The notes under the pieces are model-generated. The model made no database searches, had not been told where the DNA came from, and was given only the letters and a program-made list of their open reading frames with translations. From Ascidiella aspersa (lineage: Eukaryota): a stretch of 64,000 bases of DNA. Position numbers and translations under genes: made by a program. Positions 51,937 to 64,000 of the stretch are shown one piece after another (position 1 is the stretch's first letter; every line of letters starts with the position of its first letter). The DNA lies in contig OZ004613.1 of the NCBI GenBank assembly GCA_963924565.1, positions 8,618,001 through 8,682,000 of the forward strand, read 5' to 3'.

Positions 51937-52312
51937 CAGGAGTTCTTAACCTTATTTGTATGTTTTACCCTTCTATCAAAGATAAATATCAGATTTACCC
52001 CTAATATATAAAGTAGTTCTCATTTATTAAAAAACAAACGTAACAAATTATTACATCAGTTTTCAGTGCGACGGCTGCATTTTTTTGGCAACGTGTTGTT
52101 CAAGTCTGGTAAAGCAGTAGATAATGCTCAACGAATATCAAAGTCAACATGTCAAGTCGGTTTCGTGCTTTTGGCTTGATAGTTATCAATGCTGAGAAGC
52201 TGCTTTGCATAGGTGTGTTGAAGCAAACGGAACCAAAATATTTAGAGCTTAAATACCTATCCATGGATTTACCCCCTAAAACTAGAAAATATACCCAAGT
52301 TAAAAGAGGCTG
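51937..52312 (-). mobile_element. hAT (Charlie/Buster-like) deletion derivative with a frameshifted transposase C-terminus
   Basis: Termini caggagttcttaac / gttaaaagaggctg; TSD acctagat/gcctagat. The minus strand reads ALNILVPFASTHLC/SSFSALITIKPKARNRLD...DIR*ALSTALPDL...MQPSH*, matching the hAT C-terminal dimerisation region. Confidence 0.85.
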
Positions 52313-55300
52313 GCCTAGATTTTTTACAAAGTAAGCAAGCTATAGTAGCGGCCCTCTACGTGTCGTTTATCTATACGCACACTTAATTATTGCACCGAAC
52401 CTGTGCATCGCAGCTGTCTGACTTTTTCACGGAAGACCAAGCTATACAGAAAGCATCTCACTTCACTATAATGTATGCGTTGTCAACCAGTAATAAGCTA
52501 ATTTAGCAGCTGATTTTATTTTGAAAGCCTCAGTTAAAATGTGACGCAGTTATTTTTCCAATCTATATGGTTATAGGCTTTTACTGCGGAGTTGGAAGAA
52601 TATTCATCAAACAAAGGTCCCATATTTCCAATGGCGTGAGTTCGAATCTTACTATTTGCTGAATATTCGTGTGTAAATTGAAAAAATACGTGTTTTTTCC
52701 TCTTGAAGACTGTTATTCCTGCTGATACAAGTGTTAAGTTAAATGTTGGTCAGTTTTTTTTGTGCCAGTTTAAGTTTGCTTAAAATCGAGGCACACATTT
52801 ATTTGTTACTCAGGTTTGATATGTAGATTCCATTTCTTCCATTATTTAGGGTAGCGAACTAATTTGGAGCTAATAGATATTTCCATTGGTAAGACATCGA
52901 ATTTCAAACAAACGTTTTTTGTACGTTTATCAGTAATTTAAAATATCCATCTGGGTGTTCAACTTTAAATGTTACTTCTAGCGTTTTAGTTTTTCGGGTA
53001 TTTTTTTTAGAGGGTCTTCCAGTGAAAATTTTTACTCCCGTTTAACTAAATTTAAAATCAAATTTTAAGCGCTTTTCCGCCACGGCACAACTTAAATTCT
53101 TACTCGCGCGTTTGAAAAGCCTTGTAATGCGCTGTAAAAAATCGGCGTTTTGCAAGACACTATTAAACAAAGGGCAGACGACGCTGTAATCGAAACTGTA
53201 TCGCATTTGAACCGAAAATCCACCCATTGATCATCCCGGATTCTACGGCATCAATCCGATTTTACGCGCCACATTGGCCAACGGAAAGGTCAGAGATGTC
53301 CCGGGCGCCGTTTAACAAAAAAAACAGGGACGCTCAAAATCCCAATTAGTCGGATTAAAGCCAATTCGAAAGGTGCGGCCAGCCAATTGAATTAGACGCG
53401 CCTTGATGCATTGGAGCGGCTTTGTCGGCGGGCAGCAAACAGCAACTGTCGTTTTCCAGACAAACGCTTTCGTGATACTGTATAATGTACATTTCGGTCG
53501 GGCGCTTTTGTTTCCGTTCGTGCAATCGAGTGGAAATTCTGGGGTGTCGGCCTTGGATTAAAGGCTTGCTGAATGGACGCCGTGACAGGCTGGTTTGCGA
53601 CAAGTCACACTGGGAGAATTGGAAAGTTTAAATTTTTCTTTTCGAAGCCGCTTTGCTGATTGATTTGTTTTCCGAATGGCGCGCTGAACAAACGCGACTG
53701 ATGTTAAGCCGAAAGCAAACATTTTGTCGTTTCTCTGTTGTCCCAGCCCACACGCAAGACATAAGGAATTATGACAAGGCTCTAGTATTTCTATCCTCGA
53801 CCAAAGTGTGGGCGGCAACCTGAATGATCGATTCCCATTAACTTCGGTTAGCTATCAAAGGGTTCGGCAAACTTGTTAGCGTTTATGTGCATTTCTAATT
53901 CAATGTTGCGACCGGCGTTTCACACGCAATATATATATATTTGAAAAGTTCCCATCGATTTTTTTAATTCGTTTTATAAATTAGACAAAAACTACCTCGG
54001 CGTTCGCTGTGTGCAAAATATTGTTTGCAGTTGTTATATTGCACTATTTTTAAAGGGTTAAAGTATTTTATTTTTTAAGGCAATAAAACACATGATTTGA
54101 TCTAACTTTTTGAAAAATATTGCTTTTTACTACAAATTGCCTATTAAGTGTTATACAGTTAGCCTGTTTAATGGTTTAATTTAACAATCCACAAATTATA
54201 AACTTCGTTGTTGTTCATCAGAAGCGAACCGGTGTATTAGAGTTATGCTTACGTCGTACTGCGTATACTGTTCGAAATGTTTTGAAGGCTGCACCCATAT
54301 ATAAAACTTTTATTCCCAAACTAAGACTTGTACTTCGATAGCGATTAACAAACCAATGTCTACGCGATCCAGTCAACTTTGAGTTGTTTAGTTCCGTAAA
54401 TTTAACCTTTCGGGCCACAAATAAGCCAAAAAACATGAACGTTTGCCTTGGATACGTCTAGCAGTTAAAGCGTGGCCTGGATTAATGGCTGGCACCTGCG
54501 CTTGCATTTAAGGGCGAGGAAGACGAATGACTCGCTGTCGAAATACGGAACGAACGACTGCCGACGCCTTCTGCGCGACGCGACAAATTTACGACGGCGC
54601 GCGACATAAACGCTGCGCGACAACCGCGACCTTGCCAGCGGGGCGTCGCGGCCCCTCCCCCCGCACATATTCTCCCCAGTTCGGTTTCTATGTCTCACGC
54701 CAAAAGGCAAAGTACAGTGCAGAGAAGATACTGATGCAGCTTGCCATCGTGATTTATCGCCGCGCCCTTTTGAAAAGTTAAAAAGGCAAAACGCGCGTTT
54801 AGGAGGTGCTTAACTTTACGGCCCGGCCGTGTGTGCACTTCAAATCCGCGTAGGTGCACCGGCTAAGACGTTTATTGGCGAGACGATTAGCGCCCAAACG
54901 GTTTAACTGCATTTACACGCGCACTGGTACCTCTTGTGTAAAATGTTACTTTTACATATGCTGTAGTGCCTTATTGGCAAGCTTAGAGCAAACACGTTTG
55001 ACGCTGTTCGGTCGTCAACAGGATTGTCGCAAACTGGCAGAACCGTCTTAGCAGCCTTTCGACTTAATTTGTGTTTTCGTAACCTTTGAAATTTAAATGC
55101 AGGTAATACCAAAATGTACTACCAGGCTCGATAACTATATTAGTAATTCTATGAGGCTTGGCGAATTACAGAGAAACGCTACATGGTCCAACAGCGAGTT
55201 TGATTATCAGAACTAGTTTTTAGCTAAATAGGAAAAGTATAACTAAGAGATGCCTGCATGTTGATTTTGTCGTACGAATTCACCTGTTTTCAACGATCGA

Positions 55301-55377
55301 ACACCAAATCTAATTTAGGAAACGCGGAACAGTTTAGTGTAAAATAGTTGTTGGAATTTAAGTACAACACTACTTGC

Positions 55378-55778
55378 CGGTGTTGTATTAATTGCACTCA
55401 AGTCAATGTTTCCAAATAACTTGAACTTACACAAGTCTTTCGAAGAAATGACTTGACTTGGACTCAGGTTATTGAGACAAATAACTTGTGTTGAAATTAG
55501 GTTTTAATTCAATATTCTTAATTAATTTGTGTTACTTATCTTAATTTTCACGAAACATGCCTTGCGTGCTTTATGCTGCGTTTTGGTCATTTCTTTGTTG
55601 AGATATTGTGTTTACAAAAGTTTACAAATTTTAATAGTTCAACGTTGTAGTTTTATGTCAATGAGTTGACTTAGGCAATGAAACTTTACCTATATGTTTG
55701 TAAAGGCTTTACATTGTTATTTTTTAAATGTCTTCACTAGCACTTAAGTCATTTCAAAATTACTAGTTTAAAACACTG
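55378..55778. mobile_element. GACTT-repeat MITE copy
   Basis: Termini cggtgttgtatt / ttaaaacactg; colinear with other copies. Confidence 0.75.
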
Positions 55779-56299
55779 CTGAATGCGTCGGCTAAGGTTT
55801 TGAAAAAAGTGTTCTGCAGCCGTTGGAAAGAAACGTGCCCTCGAAGTGCAGTGAACCAACTGATATAACTAATCTCGCCTTAGACAGGCGCTTTAAAGCT
55901 TTACTAGCACGCACATCTGCTTAGTGTCCGCCGAAGAGGATTGCTATTACGTTTTTAGCTTAGATTTCGAAAGGCCGAAATTGTAGTAAAAAATTATTAG
56001 ATATATTTAGGTTGTATTGAGATACATATAGCCTACACTTCGCCTAAAACGATGGTCTGATTTGGTTTTGAGGTTTTATGATAAAAATCTTCTTTTGCAG
56101 CCTACGGAAACTTTTTTGCGGCGCCTCCTTGGTAACTACTCGTTTAGACAATGTTGTGCAATGAAGAGGCTAAATTCAGTTTTAAAGTTTACAGCGTAAT
56201 TAAACCACCGGGATAAGGTGCCCCTATACGTAAAGATATTACCTTAAATCCGTGAAGGGTGATTAAAACTGTAAGCCCGCTAACTCTATTCCTTTAACC

Positions 56300-56585
56300 T
56301 ACCGGTTCTAAAACTGGGGTCCATGGACCCCTTGGGGGTTCGTGACAAGGTGTTAAGGGTTCCATGAAGGCCTAAGTGAAATATTAATGTAGGTATATTT
56401 AAAAAGTAATTAGTTTATCAAATAAAACAGTTTAACTAAAAATAAAACGGTTTTGCACTGAATGTATTTAGACGCCATTTCACTTTCACATTTTAAGATC
56501 AGCAAATTGATGAAGTCTTTTTGTATAGTGACGTTAATTTATGACGTCATTTTTCTACATGAGGCAAAAAACAAAGAACCCCTGC
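56300..56585. mobile_element. hAT-type MITE
   Basis: ggggtccatggacccc motif; end aagaacccctg; TSD-like ctttaacc/ctttaaac. Confidence 0.7.
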
Positions 56586-59500
56586 TTTAAACGGACCTAA
56601 TAATGTAAAACTCATACTATATTTGTCTCCCCTTTAAATCACTTTGTTTTTTCAGGTCAATGCGTGATGCTTTCCTATAGGTGCGGGCGTGACTTTTTTA
56701 TGTCGTGACCAGACCCAGTTTTAAATTGGGCTAAATTTAATTTTAACAAAGCGTTCGCTTACAGTCGGCGAAAATAACGCGCATCGGGCAATAACGGCCG
56801 GCGTCAATATTCCACTTGCACAGATAGGTTTTAAAGCCGACATGAGAAACGACGCACCGCGTACGGCATTTCGCCATTATGGGCAATTTTGTAACCGAAG
56901 GAGAACCTCATTTGAACGCGACATATACCGCGAACAGATTACGTCAATTGAAAACGCGACGAATCTATGCTTTCTTACGCACACGGGCGGCAAATCGCTG
57001 GCGTGCGTTCTATTCTAGGCCTCCAATGTTTTCGTTTGCCGCGTCGCGTAGAAAGAGGAGAGGCCGACCGCCGCCTACGCTTGGCATTTTAGCCGCGGCG
57101 GGTGACTGTAGCCTCGGGGAAAAGCGTTCATTTTGACAGCGAATCGACGCCTGTTTTCCCGCAGAACGTGATTCGCATTTGCGGAGTACGGTCGCGCCGA
57201 AAAGGTCGAGCAGCGAGTTTTGAGCGCTTTGAGTCAACTTAATAATTCAGTCACCGTTTGATAAGATATAAATATAACAGCGATCGCTTGATTAATTAGA
57301 TCTGTGACAAAGCGCAGCTTATTGGCAGGGAAATTTAGCCGTAGATTTTACACTTAATGACAAGAATGTCAGGACGAGTTGACTCTGATACTAATTTCAA
57401 GGTGGTCTGGCTAAAGCACTGAAGGCTTCGCTCAGCCAGTTAAAATATGAGTAATATTCCTGTCGTTTCATTTAGATAGATGGTGGCGTTGCTAGAGCTG
57501 CATTAGGGGCACTATAGAGACAGAACTTCGCTGAAAAGGGTCTAAAATAACAAGGTATTCGTCAACGTCTCTAAGTTTTGCGAATTTCGGCGGAGAACAA
57601 TTGCAACGAAGTCCACACTTGATTTGAGTTACCAGTCGAAATGCATGGTTCTGTTATGGTTGTTGCTTGTCGGTGACCCGCTGTGGTTTCTTTGCAAGTG
57701 AATTTTCGCCGTTATGCGGGCGCTCGGCGGCAGAAACGCCGCGCAATGCGGTGACCGTTACCGCATGACGACCTCATTGACGCAAACAAAGCTTCAGGTA
57801 CATTTTGAGAACTGCCAATGCTTTGGTTAAAAAAGCCAGGATTGGCTTGCCAAATGACAGAGCGCAATTCGTAGCGACGTCATAGAGTTCGACCGAGCGT
57901 TCCATTTGCTATTGATTTCTGAGGTATAGGCCTTTAGATTGGCATGGACTCCCGCGTACAAGCGGCCTGTTGTGTTTTTTTCAGGTTTTATGTTATTTGC
58001 AAATCCTGACCGGAGGCGTACAAGCTCGTGAGCTGAAACTCTGCCAGGAAAAGTGTTGTTTTTACCGAGACTTGAGGCTAATTTTGAAGCTTTAAGCTGT
58101 TGTTGAAAGGCTGAAGGCAAACTTGAACAACTAAAAGTTTTTAGCTTTTTATAAATTACATTAGAATGATAATTATACCTTTTCGGTTTGCCCACACTGG
58201 ATGAGAATTAAAATGACCGAATTCGCGTTAACTTAAATTACACTAAAATCTAGACTAGAATTACTTTTAATGAATCTAAATTTTGATCTACACAAGTCAA
58301 ATTTAGAATAGACTTAGGGCCAGGGACTAGGCCACGCATGTCGAACCAGGCAACTAGAATCATAGTTTTCCAAGTCTGTTTAAAGTTGTTGGTAGACGTA
58401 AAAGAAATATTAACACCCGAACAGAAAATGCAACTTTGTGCTAACGTTTAAATAGGTATTTCAACATGTGTAAACGCTGTTTAGGAAGCATGTTTGTGTA
58501 AATAGTTATTCGAAACGCGTACACGATATTTCCAGATTATGTATGTTGTTTTGCTTGTCTCTGTAAGCATATAGTTTCCGGCCTAGCCCTTGACACCGGC
58601 TGTTAATTCCCTAATTATATAATTGGCAGCTAAATTACAAAAAAGACATAGTAAATCTTATCTTTTTGGCGGAAACGAGTTTGTCGATCGCACTTTTCCG
58701 TTTCCCAAATAGCGCCGACAACGTTTACCGTGCACCTTTTTGGCTGCTCTGTCGTTTGAGCCGCCGTCTGATTTTCCCCAAATCGCGACAAAATCTCTGC
58801 TGTTTTGCCTTGTCCTAATTTAAAAAAACGCGTTGGTGGCGTAATCAGGAAGTTGCCCGGGCGGTCTCTCGGTATTTTCAGGACAGCGATAAAGATCTTG
58901 AACATCGGGCAGTGATGGTCTGAAGGTGGACCGGCGGCGTGTGTCGCTAACTGGCTGTTGCCTTTACACTTAAGTGTACAAGCCTGGTCTTAGAGAGAGC
59001 ACACTTCTAACGTACACGACACACAAACAAGCGTGTTCCGTAAATCAACAACCAAACGAACGCGAGATAACCTTGTTAAAACTTTAAAGCGTGCGGTCGA
59101 TATCATTGAATCAGAGCTGATACCCGATACCAGGTTACAGCATTGCTATTCGTCCGATACTAAGCTTTCTAACGCAGAAAACCTTGGGTTAATAGCTTTA
59201 CGACTTTAGGTTGGCATGTTTCGATTTTGCTTTTGCTTATGGTGATGACGTTAATTACTCTTAATGTCGGACAGACTTAACCATTATGTATCTGTATCGG
59301 AATAAAGGCTAAGTATCGTACACCCGCACCGGCTATATAAACGCCTGTAAGTGTTTTACTGCAAAGTTCAGCAGAAGCAAGCACAAATGAAAAAAGTCAC
59401 AAAAGAAAATACAAGTCGTAAACAAATAAAATAACACCAATAGCATAGATTCTGTTGTGTAAATGCGTATCTTCAGTTATTTTAAAGCCTGGCGCTTGCC

Positions 59501-62500
59501 ATATGCTTGCAACTGCTGCAGCAAATTGTGCCACGATTTGCAAACCTAATCCTCCTATCGGCAAAAGTAGCAAGCATATTACGTCCGAAATGTCAGTAAG
59601 ACCGACAGCAACTTTGCAAGTATTGCCACCTTGCCCTAAAAGTATACCTTGCGTTCTGCAGCTCCGCGCAATAGCCAATTGAGGAAATACGAGCTGGGCT
59701 GGTTATATCGGGCGAGGTGATAAAAGCTGCCAATGAGGCGAACGAAACGAACTTGGACGTGAAGGAAGAGATCGGGCGCGCAATACACGCTTCCCAATGA
59801 GAACGCTAGATTTCTGTTTGTTTCTTAAGCCAGCGCCGCCATTTGCCAGTCGTTTTGCGTCTCGCGTACTTAGGATGATCCATCGGTCAGAAAGTACACA
59901 AAGCAAGAAAAAAAGCCGAAAGGTCAGCAACTTTGACTTCATAAGGCCTGGCCGGCGGTTGTTGCCTAAAAAACGCCCCAATTTTACGGTCAACTTGTGG
60001 CGTTAGACAGCGTTCTAAGGCAAAGCTTTGCGGTTTAATCCCTCGTTCACTTTAGGCGTGAGCGCGTTTTTGGTAAATTACAGCAGCGGTCTATAGGTAT
60101 GCTGTGCATTGCTGTGTAAGTTGGTATAAAGACAACGTCTCAGTCGAAAGACGGATTGGATCAGTACAAAGACTTGAGAGGCGTTTCCAGTACATTTGAG
60201 AAAAGCGATAGAAGTGTTTTATTGTGCTTAAGAATAAATATAGAGCGTAAGCGTCAGTTACGGTTTATCGCCTAAAAAGGAAATCATTCAAAATAATGCG
60301 CTTAACCATCAATAAAAAAATAAACAAACGAGGTAGGCAAAAATATGTATTAAACCGGCCACGTTTTTAAGAACGTCATCATAAATTATTTTCAGATGGC
60401 AAAAACCAGTGTATTCGCTTCATTTTTTGCACAGTCATGCGACCTTTTCGGTACAACAGAGAAATAGATAAAAAAAATAGAATTCATATACTGTACGAGC
60501 GTTTCTATACCATTGTGGTTTCCAATTACGTTTTCGGAAATTTGATTCGAGTATTATTGTGATATTTGACTCGACTTCTGTCCTGCCCTGAAATATGAAT
60601 CGTCTTTGGGTAATTAAAAGAAATGTCATTTGAAGATTGTAAATACAACGTGTTGAACATACATCGAAACAAAAGACACACACAAAAACAGTTTTTGGCA
60701 ATATGTTGGCGCTAACGTAAATTTAAAAAAATGTAATTAAAATAAACTGGCTTTTAAGATACACGCTAAATTTCGCCTGCCTCTTCTACAAAAGGTGTTA
60801 GGGAAATTACAGCAGCATTTTATAGTGGTAAATGGTTCCCCCTCCAGGGTGAATTAAATTTCTGCAAGGGTGAACCAACAAACAGAGGTAAATGAGAGGT
60901 GAATGAATGCTTTTGATGAGAAACATCGTTATGTACAGTTGAGATATAACGGAAATTCGGTAATACATAATGATGAATAAAAAACAGCATTCTGTATAGG
61001 GATAAACAAAACTGTGAAAGTTTAAGAATCACTGGTCCAGTCAACGCCCGTCAGTCGTGCGAAGCTGGGCGTGTATTAGCCGCGCGTATAGCAGACAGGT
61101 GCCCGCATATCAGGTTTAAGCAAGCGATAAGGCGCCATTCATTATGCCCTTGAACGACGTCTCTCGTCCATTGGCCCCAATTACCGTGAAAATGGGACGG
61201 GGGATTATTTCTCCCGGCTATATTTCCGTCAAATATTTCGCCCCTTCAAACAGCACTTCACAACCGGTGGGCCGCGAAGCCATTGCACATCCACGGCGCT
61301 ATTTAATTCTACCGAAAACCGTCTACAGAGCTATTTTCATTTAGGTTGGGGCAGATTAAGGCCAAAACTGGTTCCAACGCACAATTTAACTTATGTAACG
61401 TGATTTGGTTGTGAACCGACTAATCTAACCCAAACGCGCTTTCCTTGTACCGGTTTTGCAACAGTATTGTATATTTTCAGTATAGTATTTGCATAAAAAG
61501 TTATTCGTGTAAATTTTTTATTGCGTATAAAAGCCTTCATGTGTTAAAAAAATCGGTAAACCGCAATGGTACAATTAGGAGAGTGTTTGTTAAAATGTGG
61601 CAATAGTAAGGGAGAAAAAGCTTTAGTAGAAATTTAATTCAACGTAAGGCGGTTCAGAACCCATACCTTGGTGGCGGCACCTGCTCCCTAGAAGAGACAG
61701 GTTGTCAGTGGACTATACGCTCCGACACTACTGACTTGTTCAGAAATTCCCGAACCTCTTTCTTCGTCAATGGCAAGAGTCCAGCTAAAACCCCTACCTT
61801 TTTTACTTAACTTAAAGACTTTAACTTTTTCTCAGTTACCCGGTCACCGATGGTGAAAAACACGGTTCAGAAGCGACATATTAGATTAAAGTGTCACAAT
61901 TTAACATATGTTAGATGATTTGGTTTTAAACCGATTTTTTTCATCCCAGAAGTTTGTGATCCAATTTTGCAACAACATTGCATCACATCACATGTTATTT
62001 GTGTTCTTTTTTTTAATTTTTTTGAAAAGCCTTACTGTGGGAAAGCCCCTTTTTGGACCCCTTACAGTGTTAAAAAAAATGTTAAATAAAAATTGTTAAA
62101 ATTAGGCCTCTTGCAGGGTAAAATTGTTTGCGAAAATGGGCCGCTGTATAGGGAGAAAAAGCCCGAATAGGAATTGGGCGCAAAGTAAAATCGGTTCAGA
62201 AGCACCACCTTAGAGTCAAGTTCCTGTTGGGAAATCGACCCGAAAACGGGACGAGAGCGTCGGTGGGTTTAGTGGGCTGGGCAACCGGGCCCCGCGGTTT
62301 ATCCTGGTCGCCGCGGCACGGCAGTTAACTTTCTAACCCGAAATTGCGCCAATCGGAAGCGAATGTGGATTCCGTTGGGCGCGTTTTACGGCGAGATGTG
62401 GTTAATTTTGGATTTCCCGTGGTTTCGGATGAGTGGGCGATATGACGAGCCTCTGTTGTGAGGTTTCGCGGTTATTCGAAAGGAAAGTTCGGCTTACTTA

Positions 62501-62799
62501 CGCCAGTTTACACCGCGAGTGTGTTTTGAATTTTGGTTTTAATTTCCGCCTTCCCATACCGCGCCCAGAGGCAGCGGCCGTTCCCTTGCTGGGCTAAAAC
62601 TGTTCCGTGTTCACGCGAAAGAAACCTTATTTAATTTCGGCTCGGCAATAATTTGAAACGCTCAATCGAGCGACTAACCAACAGACAAAACAAAAAATGG
62701 CGAAAAACCTATCTTACGGAATATCTCGATTTTGTTATGTCAGTTTTGTGGATCATTTGAAAAGCTAAAAGTTATATGGTGTTTCTGCATTGCTCGCAA

Positions 62800-63036
62800 A
62801 GTTAAAAACTTATTGTTCGATACTTGGCAATTTATTTCGATACCAATATCGATACCCGATATTTTATACAAAAAGTAGATCGATCCGATCAGATATTAAA
62901 CAACGTCATTACTATGATCAAATAAGCAATTATCTATACTATTATATTATGGATCGGCACCAATACTATCGTAGTATCGGACGAGTACCGATACTACTTG
63001 GGTATCGGCTCCGATTCGGTATTATCGGACATACTT
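62800..63036. mobile_element. atcgg/ccgatac-repeat MITE family copy
   Basis: Dense cgatacc/gtatcgg arrays; terminus attatcggacatactta nearly identical to the ends at 19980 and 34365. Confidence 0.75.
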
Positions 63037-64000
63037 AGTCTTTATGTACCAAACATGACCTTGTTCAGTCCGCTTTTCCGATCTAATCATTGAGTCAAGA
63101 CGCCCGACTCTGGGTCACTTAATGCTCAGCCTTGTCGCAACGCATCGCGGTCGGAGTTTATCTTAACAAAGCAGATAAAAGGCGATGGCGTAATAGAAAG
63201 GTTAACAACGATGCAAAGCGTCGGCAGACGCTCATAAACTACACGTGCAGTCTGGGCCTTTGTGAAGACCCTTCATTGAGTTTTACTCTCGCTGTTGTTG
63301 TTAGAAAAAAGCGTAGCTACAGTAATTGCCGCCAAGTGTTGCATGTCCTCTTTCAAAAACACCTACAGTGCGCGAAGCTTAGGTAACTTGATACTGGAAC
63401 TTACCGTCAGGCTTGTAAGTTTGAAACTCGTCAGCCATCTTTAAGCACTGTCCATCACTGTAAAATATACAGGTTGGTGTTTTCTTGTTTTTTTTGCTCG
63501 CGCTGTTGATGCAAATCCGTATAGAGGTGAAGGGTAGTCAACTGTGAAACCGCTTTGACATTTTCACATGATCGCCCAGTTTACAGCGTCTGTCGGAATG
63601 CAAGCCGGAGGCGTTAATTTTGGATGCGTTTCCGAGAAAAATCAAACGCCTGTGTGTTATGTCTATTTGATTTATAACGTCGTTTGCGAAATGCTTGGCT
63701 TTGAGTTTCACGAGACTTTTTGTACGAAATCGTTGCTTTGACGCAGTGTTTTTCAGCCTTTTATGGCTAGCAGCACCTCTCAGAAGTAATAAATAGATCG
63801 CGGCATCGCTATAAGATTTTTCCGTAGGTAAATCACTAGAGTGTCACAATAAACAGATCTGGAACAACACATATCAACTCTACACAACGTAGGAGGTTAT
63901 AATTGGATTTATTCCACTCTAATCTTACACAAAAAGTTGTGAGAGTTGAGCAAAAGTCAGATCCTTAAAGGTTCCCAAATGTGTCGCGTAACAGGCACCC

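Larger units (their letters stand above)
42950..63200. promoter_or_regulatory. Array of non-repetitive CpG-rich islands (putative enhancer landscape)
   Basis: More than a dozen 200-900-bp CpG-rich, MITE-free, non-coding blocks, e.g. 42950-43350, 46250-46500, 47040-47380, 47770-48250, 50430-50700, 53050-53900, 54470-54900, 56660-57350, 57660-57960, 58620-58960, 59680-60090, 61040-61340, 62220-62700. Confidence 0.5.

Noticed and set aside
52565-52660. B-box-like GTTCGAATC suggesting a tRNA or SINE
   Set aside because: No cloverleaf or convincing A box.
42950-64000. Homeobox exon or known miRNA (miR-10, miR-196, miR-1, miR-124 and others) within the islands
   Set aside because: No WFQNRR-type translation or recognisable mature miRNA found by eye; the scan was not exhaustive.

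Overview
AT-rich animal genomic DNA with spliceosomal introns and a 420-bp N gap. Base composition, splice-site style (tgtttcag/ttttag acceptors, gtaagt/gtgagt donors) and dense short DNA-transposon derivatives suggest an invertebrate, plausibly an ascidian; this taxonomic call is inference. One multi-exon gene was reconstructed by hand on the minus strand: join 18264-18149, 16603-16569, 16380-14270, 11949-11735, 4769-4555, 3327-3227, about 930 aa, with all splice phases compatible. It encodes an N-terminal hydrophobic signal-anchor with a basic cluster, an unrecognised ~250-aa segment, a long acidic low-complexity region with 11-aa tandem repeats, and one C-terminal C2 domain. The C2 domain lacks the Ca2+-binding aspartates and resembles the class II PI3K / Slp-type C2 domains. 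Two possible exons of another minus-strand gene lie at the left edge. From about 19 kb to the end there is no convincing long coding sequence. That stretch holds many hAT-type MITEs (several with 8-bp TSDs, one with a transposase remnant), a ~330-bp tandem array, a ~300-bp duplication, a hairpin-rich GC island at 23.8-24.2 kb, and many CpG-rich islands (43-63 kb) that look like a developmental cis-regulatory landscape.
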